A stretch of 24,000 bases of DNA from Leptolinea sp. HRD-7 (GTDB lineage Bacteria > Chloroflexota > Anaerolineae > Anaerolineales > Anaerolineaceae). Below, piece after piece: positions 7,107 to 16,024 of this stretch. Made by a program: the position numbers and the translations under genes. Position 1 is the first letter of the stretch, and each line of letters begins with the position of its first letter. Location of the stretch: positions 1,169,163 through 1,193,162 of the forward strand of contig AP024710.1 of the NCBI GenBank assembly GCA_024363285.1. Direction: 5' to 3'. The notes beneath the pieces are model-generated. The model was not told the DNA's origin. It was given only the letters and a program-made list of their open reading frames with translations, and did no database searches.

Positions 7107-7982
7107 ATGCATATGAAAATGACTCTCGCCCTGGCTCAGACAACTGCCGTTTTAGGCGGTGTATCGCAAAATCTGGAAAAGCACCTGTCCCTGATTACGC
7201 AGGCTAAACGTGACAGCGCCGACCTGGTGATATTCCCAGAACTTTCTTTAACAGGTTATGCTCTGCAAGACCTGGTGCCTACTGTGGCGCACCGTCCCAC
7301 AGCGGATGACCCGGTATTCAAACCATTGCTGGAAGCCAGTAAAGATATTGATATCCTGGTGGGTTTCGCGGAAGAGGATATCCGCAGCCGGTTCTTCATC
7401 TCGGCCGCCTACCTCAGCCGCGGCGAGACGGTGCATGTGCACCGCAAGGTCTACCTGCCTACTTATGGGCTTTTTGATGAGGGCCGTTTCTTTGCCTGGG
7501 GTGACCAGATCCGCGCGTTTGATACCCGTTTCGGGCGCGCCGGCGTGTTGATCTGCGAAGATTTCTGGCACTCCTCACCCCCGCATCTGCTCTGGCTGGA
7601 TGGTGCCGACCTGTTCCTGTTCACGTCATCCTCCCCTGGCCGCGGGCTGACCAGTGAGCCGGCGCTGGGTTCTTCCATCTGGGTAGACCGCGTTCTACAG
7701 GCATATTCTGCGTTGTTTACGTCATTTGTAGCTCATACCAACCGGGTGGGGTTTGAAGACGGTCTGAACTTCTGGGGCGGCGCTTCGGTATACGATCCCA
7801 ACGGTATTGAGATCGGCCGCGGACCCTATCATGAAGAAGCCCTGACATTGGTTGAACTTGACCTTAACCAACTGCACCGCACCCGTGCCCGCCTTCCATT
7901 GCTGCGCGACGAACGCACCGGCCTGACCATACGTGAAATGCAGCGCATTCTTTCATCCAAAGATGGCATCAACGGGAGGTAA
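7107..7982 (+). CDS. Carbon-nitrogen hydrolase (nitrilase superfamily); probable glutaminase partner of NadE
   Basis: CN-hydrolase triad context: VIFPELSLTGY (Glu), HRKVYLP (Lys), VLICEDFWH (Cys). It lies immediately upstream of nadE with an 8-nt gap. Confidence 0.85.
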   Translation: MHMKMTLALAQTTAVLGGVSQNLEKHLSLITQAKRDSADLVIFPELSLTGYALQDLVPTVAHRPTADDPVFKPLLEASKDIDILVGFAEEDIRSRFFISAAYLSRGETVHVHRKVYLPTYGLFDEGRFFAWGDQIRAFDTRFGRAGVLICEDFWHSSPPHLLWLDGADLFLFTSSSPGRGLTSEPALGSSIWVDRVLQAYSALFTSFVAHTNRVGFEDGLNFWGGASVYDPNGIEIGRGPYHEEALTLVELDLNQLHRTRARLPLLRDERTGLTIREMQRILSSKDGINGR

Positions 7983-7990
7983 TTCAAAAC

Positions 7991-8821
7991 ATGACCAAAC
8001 TTCCCGACCTTAACATAAACATCACACTGGCCCGGCAAATATTGACCGGATTCATAAAGAGCGAGATCACCCGCACCGGTTTCAGTAAAGCTGTGATTGG
8101 CCTCTCGGGTGGTATTGATTCGGCCTTATCCTGTTATCTGGCGGCAGAGGCGCTGGGACCGCAAAACGTACTGGCCATCCGCATGCCGTATAAATCGTCA
8201 TCGCAGGAATCGCTGGACCACGCCCAACTGGTGATTGACGACCTGGGTGTTCAATCGTTGACCATCCCCATCACACCAATGGTGCAACCGTACCTTGACG
8301 CCAATCCCGGCATCAGCTCATTCCGCGCCGGGAACATCATGGCCCGGCAGCGCATGATCGTGCTGTATGATCATTCCGCTGATTTCAACGGCCTGGTAGT
8401 GGGCACCAGTAACAAGACGGAAATTCTTTTGGGTTATTCCACCCTGTTTGGCGATTCTGCCTGCGCCCTCAACCCGATCGGTGACCTGTACAAGACGCAG
8501 ATCCGGCAGCTCTCCCGCGCGATTGGAGTACCTGATGTGATCGTCAGCAAGCCGCCCACAGCCGACCTGTGGCTGGGTCAGACCGATGAGGGCGAACTGG
8601 GTTTCACCTATGCCGATGTTGATCCGTTGCTTTACCTGCTGGTGGATGAACGTTTTACGCCGCAGGAATGTGTGGATGCCGGTTTTGAAGAAAGCTTTGT
8701 CAACAAAGTGGTTGACCGCATTCGCCGAAACCAGTTTAAACGCATATTGCCGCCGGTGGCCAAATTGAGTCACCGCACTATTGGGTATGACTTTTTATAC
8801 TTAAGAGACTGGGGTACCTGA
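7991..8821 (+). CDS. nadE: NAD+ synthetase (short, synthetase-domain-only form)
   Basis: The PP-loop GLSGGIDSAL, plus ...GTSNKTEILLGYSTLFGD...PIGDLYKTQIRQL are typical of NadE. GGGAGG SD upstream. Confidence 0.9.
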   Translation: MTKLPDLNINITLARQILTGFIKSEITRTGFSKAVIGLSGGIDSALSCYLAAEALGPQNVLAIRMPYKSSSQESLDHAQLVIDDLGVQSLTIPITPMVQPYLDANPGISSFRAGNIMARQRMIVLYDHSADFNGLVVGTSNKTEILLGYSTLFGDSACALNPIGDLYKTQIRQLSRAIGVPDVIVSKPPTADLWLGQTDEGELGFTYADVDPLLYLLVDERFTPQECVDAGFEESFVNKVVDRIRRNQFKRILPPVAKLSHRTIGYDFLYLRDWGT

Positions 8822-8831
8822 TCCTATTTAT

Positions 8832-10079
8832 ATGAACAATAAGAAATTTATTCTTCCGCCGGCGTTCAAACACCGCCGGTTTGTTTTACTCTGGTTGAGC
8901 ATGATGATCTCCACCGCGGGATCGCAGATGCAATTGTGGGCGTTGTTCTGGCATTTGCGTACACTTTCTGATCAACCCATCGTGGTCAGCGGGATTGGTG
9001 TGGCGCGTTTTCTTCCCATCCTGATCCTTTCGCTGCTCGGCGGTCTGGTGGCGGATATGTACAGCCGCCGCAAAGTGTTGTTCATCAGCCAGGTCACTAT
9101 GACGGTCATCTCCGCCACATTTGGTTTTCTCACGTATTTCAACGTGATCGAAGTCTGGCATATGTATGTTCTGACCGCCGTTCAGGCGGCCGCTCTGGCA
9201 TTTGATATGCCCGCGCGCCAGGCTCTGGTGCCCAACCTTGTGCCAAGGGAAGACCTGCCCAGCGCGTTCAGTCTGAATTCCATGTCGTTCAATATCGGTT
9301 CGGTTGCTGGTCCGGCATTAAGCGGGCTGGTGATCGCCGGCATGGGCCAGAGCTGGACATATTTCATCGACGCGATTTCTTTTATCGCGGTGATCTTGAG
9401 CCTGATCCTGATAGGTGACGTGCCCCAGGATATCAACCCGTTGGTACGCCGGCAGGGTATCAACCTGGAAGCCATCAAAGACGGGGTATCTTTCATTCGT
9501 TCGCAGCCCATCATCCTTTCCAGTATGATCCTTGATTTCTTCGCCACCTTCTTCTCTTCGGCGAACACGCTGCTGCCATTCATCGCGAAAGATGTGCTGC
9601 GCGTGGGCGCGTGGGAGTACGGGTGGCTTTCTGCCGCGCAACCGATGGGCGCTGTGGGAGTAGGGCTGGTCTTTTCACAGCGGTCAAAGGTACGCAAACA
9701 GGGTTCGCTGCTGCTCTGGTCGGTGGCGGTGTTCGGGCTGGCAACCATCGTGTTCGGCCTGTCTACCAGCTTCTGGATCACATTAATCTCACTGGCGGTG
9801 ATCGGCGGAGCGGATGCCGTGAGTACCATTTTGCGAAACACCATCCGCCAGATGGTGACGCCTGACGCGATGCGCGGACGTATGGTGAGCATCAATCAGA
9901 TCTTCTTTATGGGCGGCCCGCAACTGGGCGAAATTGAAGCCGGGGCGGTTGCCCAGGCTTTCGGCACGCCGATGGCCATCATCACCGGCGGTTTAGGGTG
10001 TATTCTGGCTGTGGTGTGGATCGCCCGGCAGTGGCCCGCGTTGCCATCGTATTCTGGAGACGAAGCCAGGCCAGCCTGA
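8832..10079 (+). CDS. MFS transporter (MFS_3 / EntS-like efflux type)
   Basis: 415 aa with about 12 hydrophobic segments. The N-terminal FKHRRFVLLWLSMMISTAGSQM and the ADMYSRRKV loop are typical of this MFS subfamily. Paralogous to 22673..23914. Confidence 0.85.
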   Translation: MNNKKFILPPAFKHRRFVLLWLSMMISTAGSQMQLWALFWHLRTLSDQPIVVSGIGVARFLPILILSLLGGLVADMYSRRKVLFISQVTMTVISATFGFLTYFNVIEVWHMYVLTAVQAAALAFDMPARQALVPNLVPREDLPSAFSLNSMSFNIGSVAGPALSGLVIAGMGQSWTYFIDAISFIAVILSLILIGDVPQDINPLVRRQGINLEAIKDGVSFIRSQPIILSSMILDFFATFFSSANTLLPFIAKDVLRVGAWEYGWLSAAQPMGAVGVGLVFSQRSKVRKQGSLLLWSVAVFGLATIVFGLSTSFWITLISLAVIGGADAVSTILRNTIRQMVTPDAMRGRMVSINQIFFMGGPQLGEIEAGAVAQAFGTPMAIITGGLGCILAVVWIARQWPALPSYSGDEARPA

Positions 10080-10625
10080 TCATCGACCTGACAGCAGATC
10101 TTCCAATGGATTCCTGTTGATCCGAATGGTCACAGGGATCCTTGATTCAGTTGACTGGCGCAGCGTGGCTTCAAGCTGGGCTTTAACGCGGGGCGCGTCA
10201 CATGTGCCGCCCAACACCAGTTGGCCGCTCAGGTTCGCGCTGATGGTGTCATTATCACGGATGATGCGGTTCACCCGCAGGTCTGACTGGTATAGCGCGT
10301 TATACAGGCCGGATTGCCCGTACAGGCGGTCATGGGTTTCCAGCAAGCTCTGCAGCGCGGTTTTGACATCTGTCGCCGGAATGTCAACCGAGACAAGGCT
10401 GTCACCACAGCCGACAGCCGGGCCGGATCTTCCACTATCTTCCAAAGCGATCAGAAATATCCGGTAAGTAGATGGTTCAGCCTGCTTTAAATCGGCTTTT
10501 GTAGGAGCAGGTGGCCGGGTGGATTCCGGTTTCACCGGGCCGGGTATGAGCTGACAACCGGCAGCCAGAAAAAGAATGCTTATCCCGATAAAAAATGATC
10601 CGGATAGCTTCATAAGTGCTTCCAA
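10080..10625 (-). CDS. Lipoprotein, GerMN-like domain
   Basis: Lipobox LFLAAGC after a hydrophobic signal. The body (YRIFLIAL...GCGDSLVSVDIP...ALQSLL...ISANLSGQL...PVTIRINRNPL) resembles GerMN domains. The TTG track start is probably replaced by the internal ATG (MKLSG). Confidence 0.55.
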   Translation of the reverse strand: MEALMKLSGSFFIGISILFLAAGCQLIPGPVKPESTRPPAPTKADLKQAEPSTYRIFLIALEDSGRSGPAVGCGDSLVSVDIPATDVKTALQSLLETHDRLYGQSGLYNALYQSDLRVNRIIRDNDTISANLSGQLVLGGTCDAPRVKAQLEATLRQSTESRIPVTIRINRNPLEDLLSGR

Positions 10626-10694
10626 TTCAAAGGTGAATTTGAATCAAGTTGATTTTTGGATAAATTCCTTCTACTATTAGTGTATACGAAATAA

Positions 10695-11555
10695 TTGGTA
10701 GAGAAGGGAACGGATATGGTCACTGTGCCAGGAATGAAACATGTAATTCATTTTGGTTTGGGCGCGCTTATACTGGTTACTCTGGCATGTAACGTAACCG
10801 TGAACACAAAAGCAAAACCAACACCCACAACACCCCCTCCCACCCTGGAAGTGTTCATTCCACCCACTGGAATACCGGCATCCGCGACACCGACGGAAGA
10901 ACTGCTGGAGATGCCGACCGAAACTATTCCGACGATCGCCGCCTCACCGACCGCAACCAAAAAAGCGGTGATAAAAACGTCCACGCGAACCGTGCCACCG
11001 CCCACACCAACAAAAGTGCCGGTGATCCGACAGTCAACCCAGGCCGCCCCGGTTGAAGCGCCCACAGAGGTGACGTCATCCGGCGGCGAGATCACCGTGA
11101 CGGCAGCAACAGGGAACCTTTACATACGCCGTGGGCCGGGTACAGCCTACAATATTGTTTCCGGCTTATCCAAAGGTGTGACGACCAGAGCCGTTGGGCG
11201 CAACGAGAAGAATGACTGGCTGGCGATCGAAATTCCGCTGGCTAAAAATGTTGTCGGGTGGATCTCGCTGGGCACCGGTTACACCGAGTTGCACGGCAAA
11301 CTATCTGACCTGCCGTTGTATCCCTTTGACGAGGCCAAGCCGGCCTATGTGGCAAACTGCACCATGCATGATATGACCACCCGGCCGGGTCAGTGGAACC
11401 TTCCGGCCAAGACCACACAGAAGGTCAATCCGGGGGAATACCAGTTTCTGGATATGTCCACCGGGCAGAACAAGGTAATGGAAGCCACTTTGAAGGAAGG
11501 CAACACAGTATATATAAAAGTGGATGGCAACGGGACCTCTTATGGCTGTCCGTAA
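10695..11555 (+). CDS. Membrane-anchored protein with a Pro/Thr-rich linker and a bacterial SH3 domain
   Basis: N-terminal TM (HFGLGALILVTLAC), a long PT-rich spacer, then the SH3b-like GNLYIRRGPGTAYNIVSGLSKGVTTRAVGRNEKNDWLAIEIP...GWIS. Confidence 0.65.
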   Translation: MVEKGTDMVTVPGMKHVIHFGLGALILVTLACNVTVNTKAKPTPTTPPPTLEVFIPPTGIPASATPTEELLEMPTETIPTIAASPTATKKAVIKTSTRTVPPPTPTKVPVIRQSTQAAPVEAPTEVTSSGGEITVTAATGNLYIRRGPGTAYNIVSGLSKGVTTRAVGRNEKNDWLAIEIPLAKNVVGWISLGTGYTELHGKLSDLPLYPFDEAKPAYVANCTMHDMTTRPGQWNLPAKTTQKVNPGEYQFLDMSTGQNKVMEATLKEGNTVYIKVDGNGTSYGCP

Positions 11556-11649
11556 ATCGTGAAAGCGGAAATTTATCAGACTATGTATAATGGCGGCACA
11601 TAAACCGGATTTATGTGCCGTTTATTATTGGATGATCAGGATGGTATGA

Positions 11650-12453
11650 ATGAAGGGAAAAACTGTACTGGTAACAGGCTCTACGGATGGGATTGGAAAA
11701 CAAACCGCGTTGGAATTGGCGCGCATGGGCGCGCATGTATTGATCCACGGGCGCGATGCCGGCCGGGTGATGACCACGGTCAATGAGATCGCGGACGAGA
11801 CCGGCGCCTCGGTGGATGGTTTCACCGGAGACTTCGCCTCACTGGAACAGGTGCGCCGACTGGCTTCCGATATAGCCTCAAAAACCGGGCGACTGGATGT
11901 GCTGGTAAATAACGCCGGGTCATTCTTCGAGGAACGCCGCCTGAGTGGTGACGGTTTCGAAATGTCATGGCAGATCAATCACCTGTCACCCTACCTGTTG
12001 ACCGTATTACTGTTGGAAAAATTGAAGGCCAGCGCCCCGGCGCGGGTCGTCACTGTGGCGTCATCGGCCCACGCGCACGCCCGGCTCGATTATGAGAACC
12101 TGCAGGGCGAAAAAGAATACAAGGGTACCCGGGCGTACAGCCTGTCAAAGCTGGGCAATGTGATGGCCACGCTGTATCTGGCGGAAAAATATGCCGGCAT
12201 CGGGGTGACGTTCAACTGCCTGCATCCCGGTGTGGTGGAGACAAAGCTGCTGCGCGCCAGTTTTAAAGTACCGGGCATAGACCTGGAAACCGGGGCAAAA
12301 ACTTCTGTTTATCTGGCCTGCTCCACCGGCGTGAATGGCGTCACCGGGAAGTACTTTGACGAATGTAAAGAGATCCAGCCGTCACCGTTGGCGCTGGATG
12401 CGGCGGAACGTCAACGATTCATGGATGTGACGAATAAGATGCTGGGTCTGTGA
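11650..12453 (+). CDS. Short-chain dehydrogenase/reductase (SDR) family oxidoreductase
   Basis: VLVTGSTDGIGK (TGxxxGxG), NNAG, and the catalytic YSLSK (YxxxK). Confidence 0.9.
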   Translation: MKGKTVLVTGSTDGIGKQTALELARMGAHVLIHGRDAGRVMTTVNEIADETGASVDGFTGDFASLEQVRRLASDIASKTGRLDVLVNNAGSFFEERRLSGDGFEMSWQINHLSPYLLTVLLLEKLKASAPARVVTVASSAHAHARLDYENLQGEKEYKGTRAYSLSKLGNVMATLYLAEKYAGIGVTFNCLHPGVVETKLLRASFKVPGIDLETGAKTSVYLACSTGVNGVTGKYFDECKEIQPSPLALDAAERQRFMDVTNKMLGL

Positions 12454-12495
12454 TCCCGATCATCTACGTGCTCAGACAAATTTGAATCTCCCCAA

Positions 12496-12523
12496 CCCCT
12501 CTTCACGAAGAGGGGCTTTTTTT
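12496..12523 (+). terminator. Rho-independent terminator of the SDR gene
   Basis: CCCCTCTTC / GAAGAGGGG stem (12496-12515) followed by CTTTTTTT. Confidence 0.7.
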
Positions 12524-12723
12524 GCCCGACGAGCTTCGATATCTTAGGGTTTATTCGATTACTTGATTTTTGAACTTTGACAATTCCCCGTATATATGAT
12601 TCTTTTCATACTCTTTATTATGAAACGATTAAAGTTTCCTGAAGTCCGACATAGCTTTGCCCCCCCTTGTGAAGGGGGGTAGGGGGGATTCGCGGCTGGA
12701 CAGTATTCTATGAAGCCAAACAT

Positions 12724-12758
12724 AAAAAATCCCCGCCGGTTGAAGGGCGGGGATTTTT
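12724..12758 (-). terminator. Rho-independent (bidirectional-looking) terminator of gdh
   Basis: CCCCGCC(12731-12737)-GGTTGAAG-GGCGGGG(12746-12752), flanked by an A-run on one side and a T-run on the other. It sits 7 nt past the gdh stop. Confidence 0.7.
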
Positions 12759-12764
12759 GCCATA

Positions 12765-14057
12765 TTACAACCAGCCTCGCAGCTGCATGGCTTTGACCAC
12801 CTTGTCGATAGCGACCATGTAGGCGGCATCTCTCATATACACTTTTTCTTTGACCGACATTTCCAGAACCGCGTGGAATGCCTGTGTCATCTTGGTGTCC
12901 AGTTTATCCAGAACCTCATCTTTGGTCCAGTAGAAGTTCATGTCGTTCTGCACACCTTCGAAGTACGAGACCGTCACACCACCGGCATTGCACAGAAAAT
13001 CGGGGATGACGAAAATTCCACGTTTCTTGAATTCTTCGTCGGCTTCCGGAGTGGTGGGGCCATTGGCGCCTTCCGCCACCAGTTTAACCTTCGAGCTGAT
13101 CTGTTTGACGGTATCCGCGTTGATCTGTCCTTCGAGCGCGGCCGGGATGAGGATATCCACATCCTTCGAGATCCAGGCGTTGGCTTCTTCGATCACATAG
13201 CCGGCTGCCTTGGCTTTGGCCTTGTCGATCGAACCGTACTGGTCGGTGATGGTCATCAGGAAGCGCGGGTCTACTCCGTCAGTTTTGCTGACAGTGTAGC
13301 CAATGCGGTCGTCACGGTCCCAGTAGCTCACGCACACCACCTTGCCCTTCAACTGTTCAGTGAAGCCGATGGCGGCATATTGCGACACGTTGCCAAACCC
13401 TTGAATGGCGGCTGTACAGGCAGCCGGATCGATCTTCATGTGTTTCAGGGCTTCACGGATGGTGTAGACCACCCCAAAGCCGGTGGCTTCCGTGCGGCCC
13501 AGAGAACCGCCCCCGCCCAGGGGCTTGCCGGTGATCACACCGGGAGTGAACTGTCCGGATAGTTTGGAATATTCATCCATCATCCAGCCCATCATCTGCG
13601 GGTTGGTGCCCACATCCGGCGCGGGGACGTCATTGCGTGGGCCGATATCCTTCCAGATGCGTTGGATGAACCCGCGGCAGAGCTTCTCTTTTTCGGTAAC
13701 CGATAATGTGGCGGGGTCGATGACCACACCGCCTTTGCCGCCGCCCAGCGGAATATCCGCCACGGCGCATTTCCAGGTCATCCACATGGCCAGGGCACGC
13801 ACGGTATCCACTGTTTCGGCCGGGTGGAAGCGGATGCCGCCCTTATTGGGACCGCGGGCATCGTTATGTTGAACACGGAAACCTTCGAAAACACGGATCG
13901 TGCCGTCGTCCATGTGCACCGGGATGCGGAAGTGGTACTCCCTCATCGGCCAGCGGAGCATTTCACGCACTTGAGGGTCCAGATTGAGCATTTCGGCCAC
14001 ATGGTCAAACTGCTGCTGTGCCATTTCAAAAGGATTCGGGTTCACGGTCATAGGCAT
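12765..14057 (-). CDS. gdhA: Glutamate dehydrogenase (Glu/Leu/Phe/Val dehydrogenase family)
   Basis: 430 aa with KGGIRFHP and the catalytic-Lys motif PLGGGKGGV, plus a C-terminal NAD(P) Rossmann motif IQGFGNVS. The SD AAGGAG is better spaced for the second ATG (14051) than for 14057. Confidence 0.92.
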   Translation of the reverse strand: MPMTVNPNPFEMAQQQFDHVAEMLNLDPQVREMLRWPMREYHFRIPVHMDDGTIRVFEGFRVQHNDARGPNKGGIRFHPAETVDTVRALAMWMTWKCAVADIPLGGGKGGVVIDPATLSVTEKEKLCRGFIQRIWKDIGPRNDVPAPDVGTNPQMMGWMMDEYSKLSGQFTPGVITGKPLGGGGSLGRTEATGFGVVYTIREALKHMKIDPAACTAAIQGFGNVSQYAAIGFTEQLKGKVVCVSYWDRDDRIGYTVSKTDGVDPRFLMTITDQYGSIDKAKAKAAGYVIEEANAWISKDVDILIPAALEGQINADTVKQISSKVKLVAEGANGPTTPEADEEFKKRGIFVIPDFLCNAGGVTVSYFEGVQNDMNFYWTKDEVLDKLDTKMTQAFHAVLEMSVKEKVYMRDAAYMVAIDKVVKAMQLRGWL

Positions 14058-14338
14058 ACTCCTTACACTAAGTGAGGGTTAAAAAATTATACGGGTTCCT
14101 CGGCAAGGAACCCGCATTTTGAAAAGAATATGGAGAAGCCGATAGTCAATCGTCCCTCCCGCAAAGATTTACTTCTGTTTCAGAATAGCAAATTGTCAGA
14201 CATATTACAAGGTGAAGTTAATCACCCTTTTATTTGTGACTGTATCGGCAAAAAATCGGGATTAAGGTTTTACGGAAGGTGGAAGGATGATCAAGATATC
14301 GCCATAATTATAAAAGATGTTGTATTTATGTTTAAGAG

Positions 14339-15319
14339 ATGGCAAGTAGAATGAAAAAATTCTGGCATGACCCGTCAATTCGTGCTTCGGATATCACTCC
14401 GGAAACGGTTTACATTAACCGGCGAAAATTTTTGCAACTGGGTGCGGTTGCCCTGGGAAGCGCGGCACTCTCCGCCTGTGTTGACCGGCCTGCATTGGTC
14501 AACCCGGTACCCACGGAATTATCACCGGATCCGGTTTACCCTGAAGGTGTAACCGATGAACTGGGTGATGCGTTGACCGGTTATAAAGGCATTACCGGTT
14601 ACAACAATTACTACGAATTCTCCCTGGGCAAGGAAGAAGTGGCAAGGTTGGCTCCGCGGTTACAAACGTCACCCTGGGAGGTGCGGGTGGACGGACTGGT
14701 GCAAAACCCGAAAACGTATGGAATAGAAGATATTCTGGCGCGTTTTCCGCGTCAGGAGCGGATTTACCGGCTGCGCTGCGTTGAAGGCTGGTCCATGGTC
14801 ATCCCGTGGATGGGATTTCCGCTGGCAGACCTGCTAAAAGAAGCCGTCCCGCTGGCTGATGCCCGGTATGTCAAATTTACCACCCTGAAGCGGCTGGAAG
14901 AAATGCCCGGCCTGATCAATCCGGCGTTCCCCTGGCCGTATACCGAAGGCTTGCGGCTGGATGAGGCCATGCACGACCTGACCCTGCTTTCGACCGGCTT
15001 GTACGGGAAAGAATTACCCAACCAGAACGGGGCGCCCATCCGGTTAGTGGTTCCGTGGAAGTACGGTTTTAAGAGCAGTAAATCCATTGTGCGTATTGAG
15101 CTGGTGAAAGAACAGCCGTCTACGTTCTGGTCATCTATCGCTCCGCAGGAATACGGCTTCTATTCCAATGTCAACCCGAATAAAGCGCATCCGCGCTGGT
15201 CACAGGAGACAGAACGCCGCATTGGCGAACTCAAACGCCGGCCTACCCTGATGTTCAACGGGTATGAAAAAGAGGTCGCTTCGCTGTATACCGGTATGGA
15301 CCTGAACACATATTATTAG
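14339..15319 (+). CDS. msrP: Protein-methionine-sulfoxide reductase, molybdopterin catalytic subunit MsrP (YedY)
   Basis: Tat signal RRKFLQLGAVALGSAALSAC. Long collinear similarity to E. coli YedY as I recall it (GYNNYYEF, ERIYRLRCVEGWSMVIPWMGFPL, EGLRLDEAMH, NGAPIRLVVPWKYGFKS, HPRWSQETER, PTLMFNGY). Confidence 0.93.
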   Translation: MASRMKKFWHDPSIRASDITPETVYINRRKFLQLGAVALGSAALSACVDRPALVNPVPTELSPDPVYPEGVTDELGDALTGYKGITGYNNYYEFSLGKEEVARLAPRLQTSPWEVRVDGLVQNPKTYGIEDILARFPRQERIYRLRCVEGWSMVIPWMGFPLADLLKEAVPLADARYVKFTTLKRLEEMPGLINPAFPWPYTEGLRLDEAMHDLTLLSTGLYGKELPNQNGAPIRLVVPWKYGFKSSKSIVRIELVKEQPSTFWSSIAPQEYGFYSNVNPNKAHPRWSQETERRIGELKRRPTLMFNGYEKEVASLYTGMDLNTYY

Positions 15320-15326
15320 AGGACAC

Positions 15327-15995
15327 ATGATGACCACCACCAAACCACCCCTCACCACCCGAGACATCCGCGTACGGCGCGCCATTCAGGTTGCGCTCTG
15401 GCTGCCGGCTTTGATCCTCGCCGTGCTTGCATTTGCCGGCTATCTGACTGTCAACCCGGTGCAGACGGCCATCCAACGCACCGGGCAGATCGCTATTGTG
15501 CTGCTGGCACTCTCTTTTGCCAGTTCACCGGTTAAGTGGGTCACCGGCTGGCATTTTCTGTCATTTCTTCGCAAAACGTTCGGCCTGTACGCGTTTTATT
15601 ACGCTGTGATTCATGTCATCCTGTTTTCGGTTGTGGATTACGGCTTGGACATAGGGTTGCTGGCCGGAGCATTGACTGCCCGCCCGTTCATTATTGTGGG
15701 GTTGATCGTGTTTATCATTCTGCTGGCTATGGCGGTAACGTCCAACAGGCCGGCCAAAGCCCGCCTGGGCAAGAACTGGAAACGCCTGCACCGGCTGGTG
15801 TATATTGCCGCGCCGCTGGCCGGACTTCACTTTGCCTGGGCGTTGAAAGGAGACCTGTTCCGGCTGAGCGGGAACATCTTCTGGCCGGCAGTCTATCTGA
15901 CGGTTGTCATCGTTTTGCTGGTGTTGCGCATTCCGGCGGTACGTAACCGGTTGTCCAGTATAAAACCCGGGGTTAACAAAACAGGCGCCGTGTGA
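15327..15995 (+). CDS. msrQ: MsrQ (YedZ), heme-binding membrane subunit
   Basis: 222 aa, about 6 TM, ferric-reductase-like TM domain with conserved His residues (YAVIHVILF, LHRLVY). It starts 8 nt after msrP. Confidence 0.85.
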   Translation: MMTTTKPPLTTRDIRVRRAIQVALWLPALILAVLAFAGYLTVNPVQTAIQRTGQIAIVLLALSFASSPVKWVTGWHFLSFLRKTFGLYAFYYAVIHVILFSVVDYGLDIGLLAGALTARPFIIVGLIVFIILLAMAVTSNRPAKARLGKNWKRLHRLVYIAAPLAGLHFAWALKGDLFRLSGNIFWPAVYLTVVIVLLVLRIPAVRNRLSSIKPGVNKTGAV

Positions 15996-16006
15996 TCGGC
16001 GCCTGT
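15981..16006. terminator. Hairpin between convergent genes (bidirectional terminator candidate)
   Basis: ACAGGCGCCG-TGTGAT-CGGCGCCTGT, a 10-bp perfect stem. The msrQ stop TGA (15993-15995) is in the loop. Confidence 0.5.
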
Positions 16007-16024
16007 TGATATTCTTCTTGATAC

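Noticed and set aside
12597-12683. A 28-codon ORF (MILFILFIMKRLKFPEVRHSFAPPCEGG) and the 66-aa minus-strand ORF 12629..12829 in the SDR/gdh spacer.
   Set aside because: Neither has an SD. Both read through the homopolymer hairpin and terminator sequences, and the 66-aa ORF overlaps the gdh 3' end.
14058-14338. A possible molybdenum-cofactor riboswitch upstream of the Mo-enzyme gene msrP.
   Set aside because: I could not recognise the conserved Moco-motif elements by eye. An Infernal/Rfam scan would be needed, so I make no claim.
14130-14354. A 74-aa ORF in the gdh/msrP divergent intergenic region.
   Set aside because: The region is AT-rich and promoter-like. The ORF has no SD, overlaps the msrP start, and matches no recognisable family.
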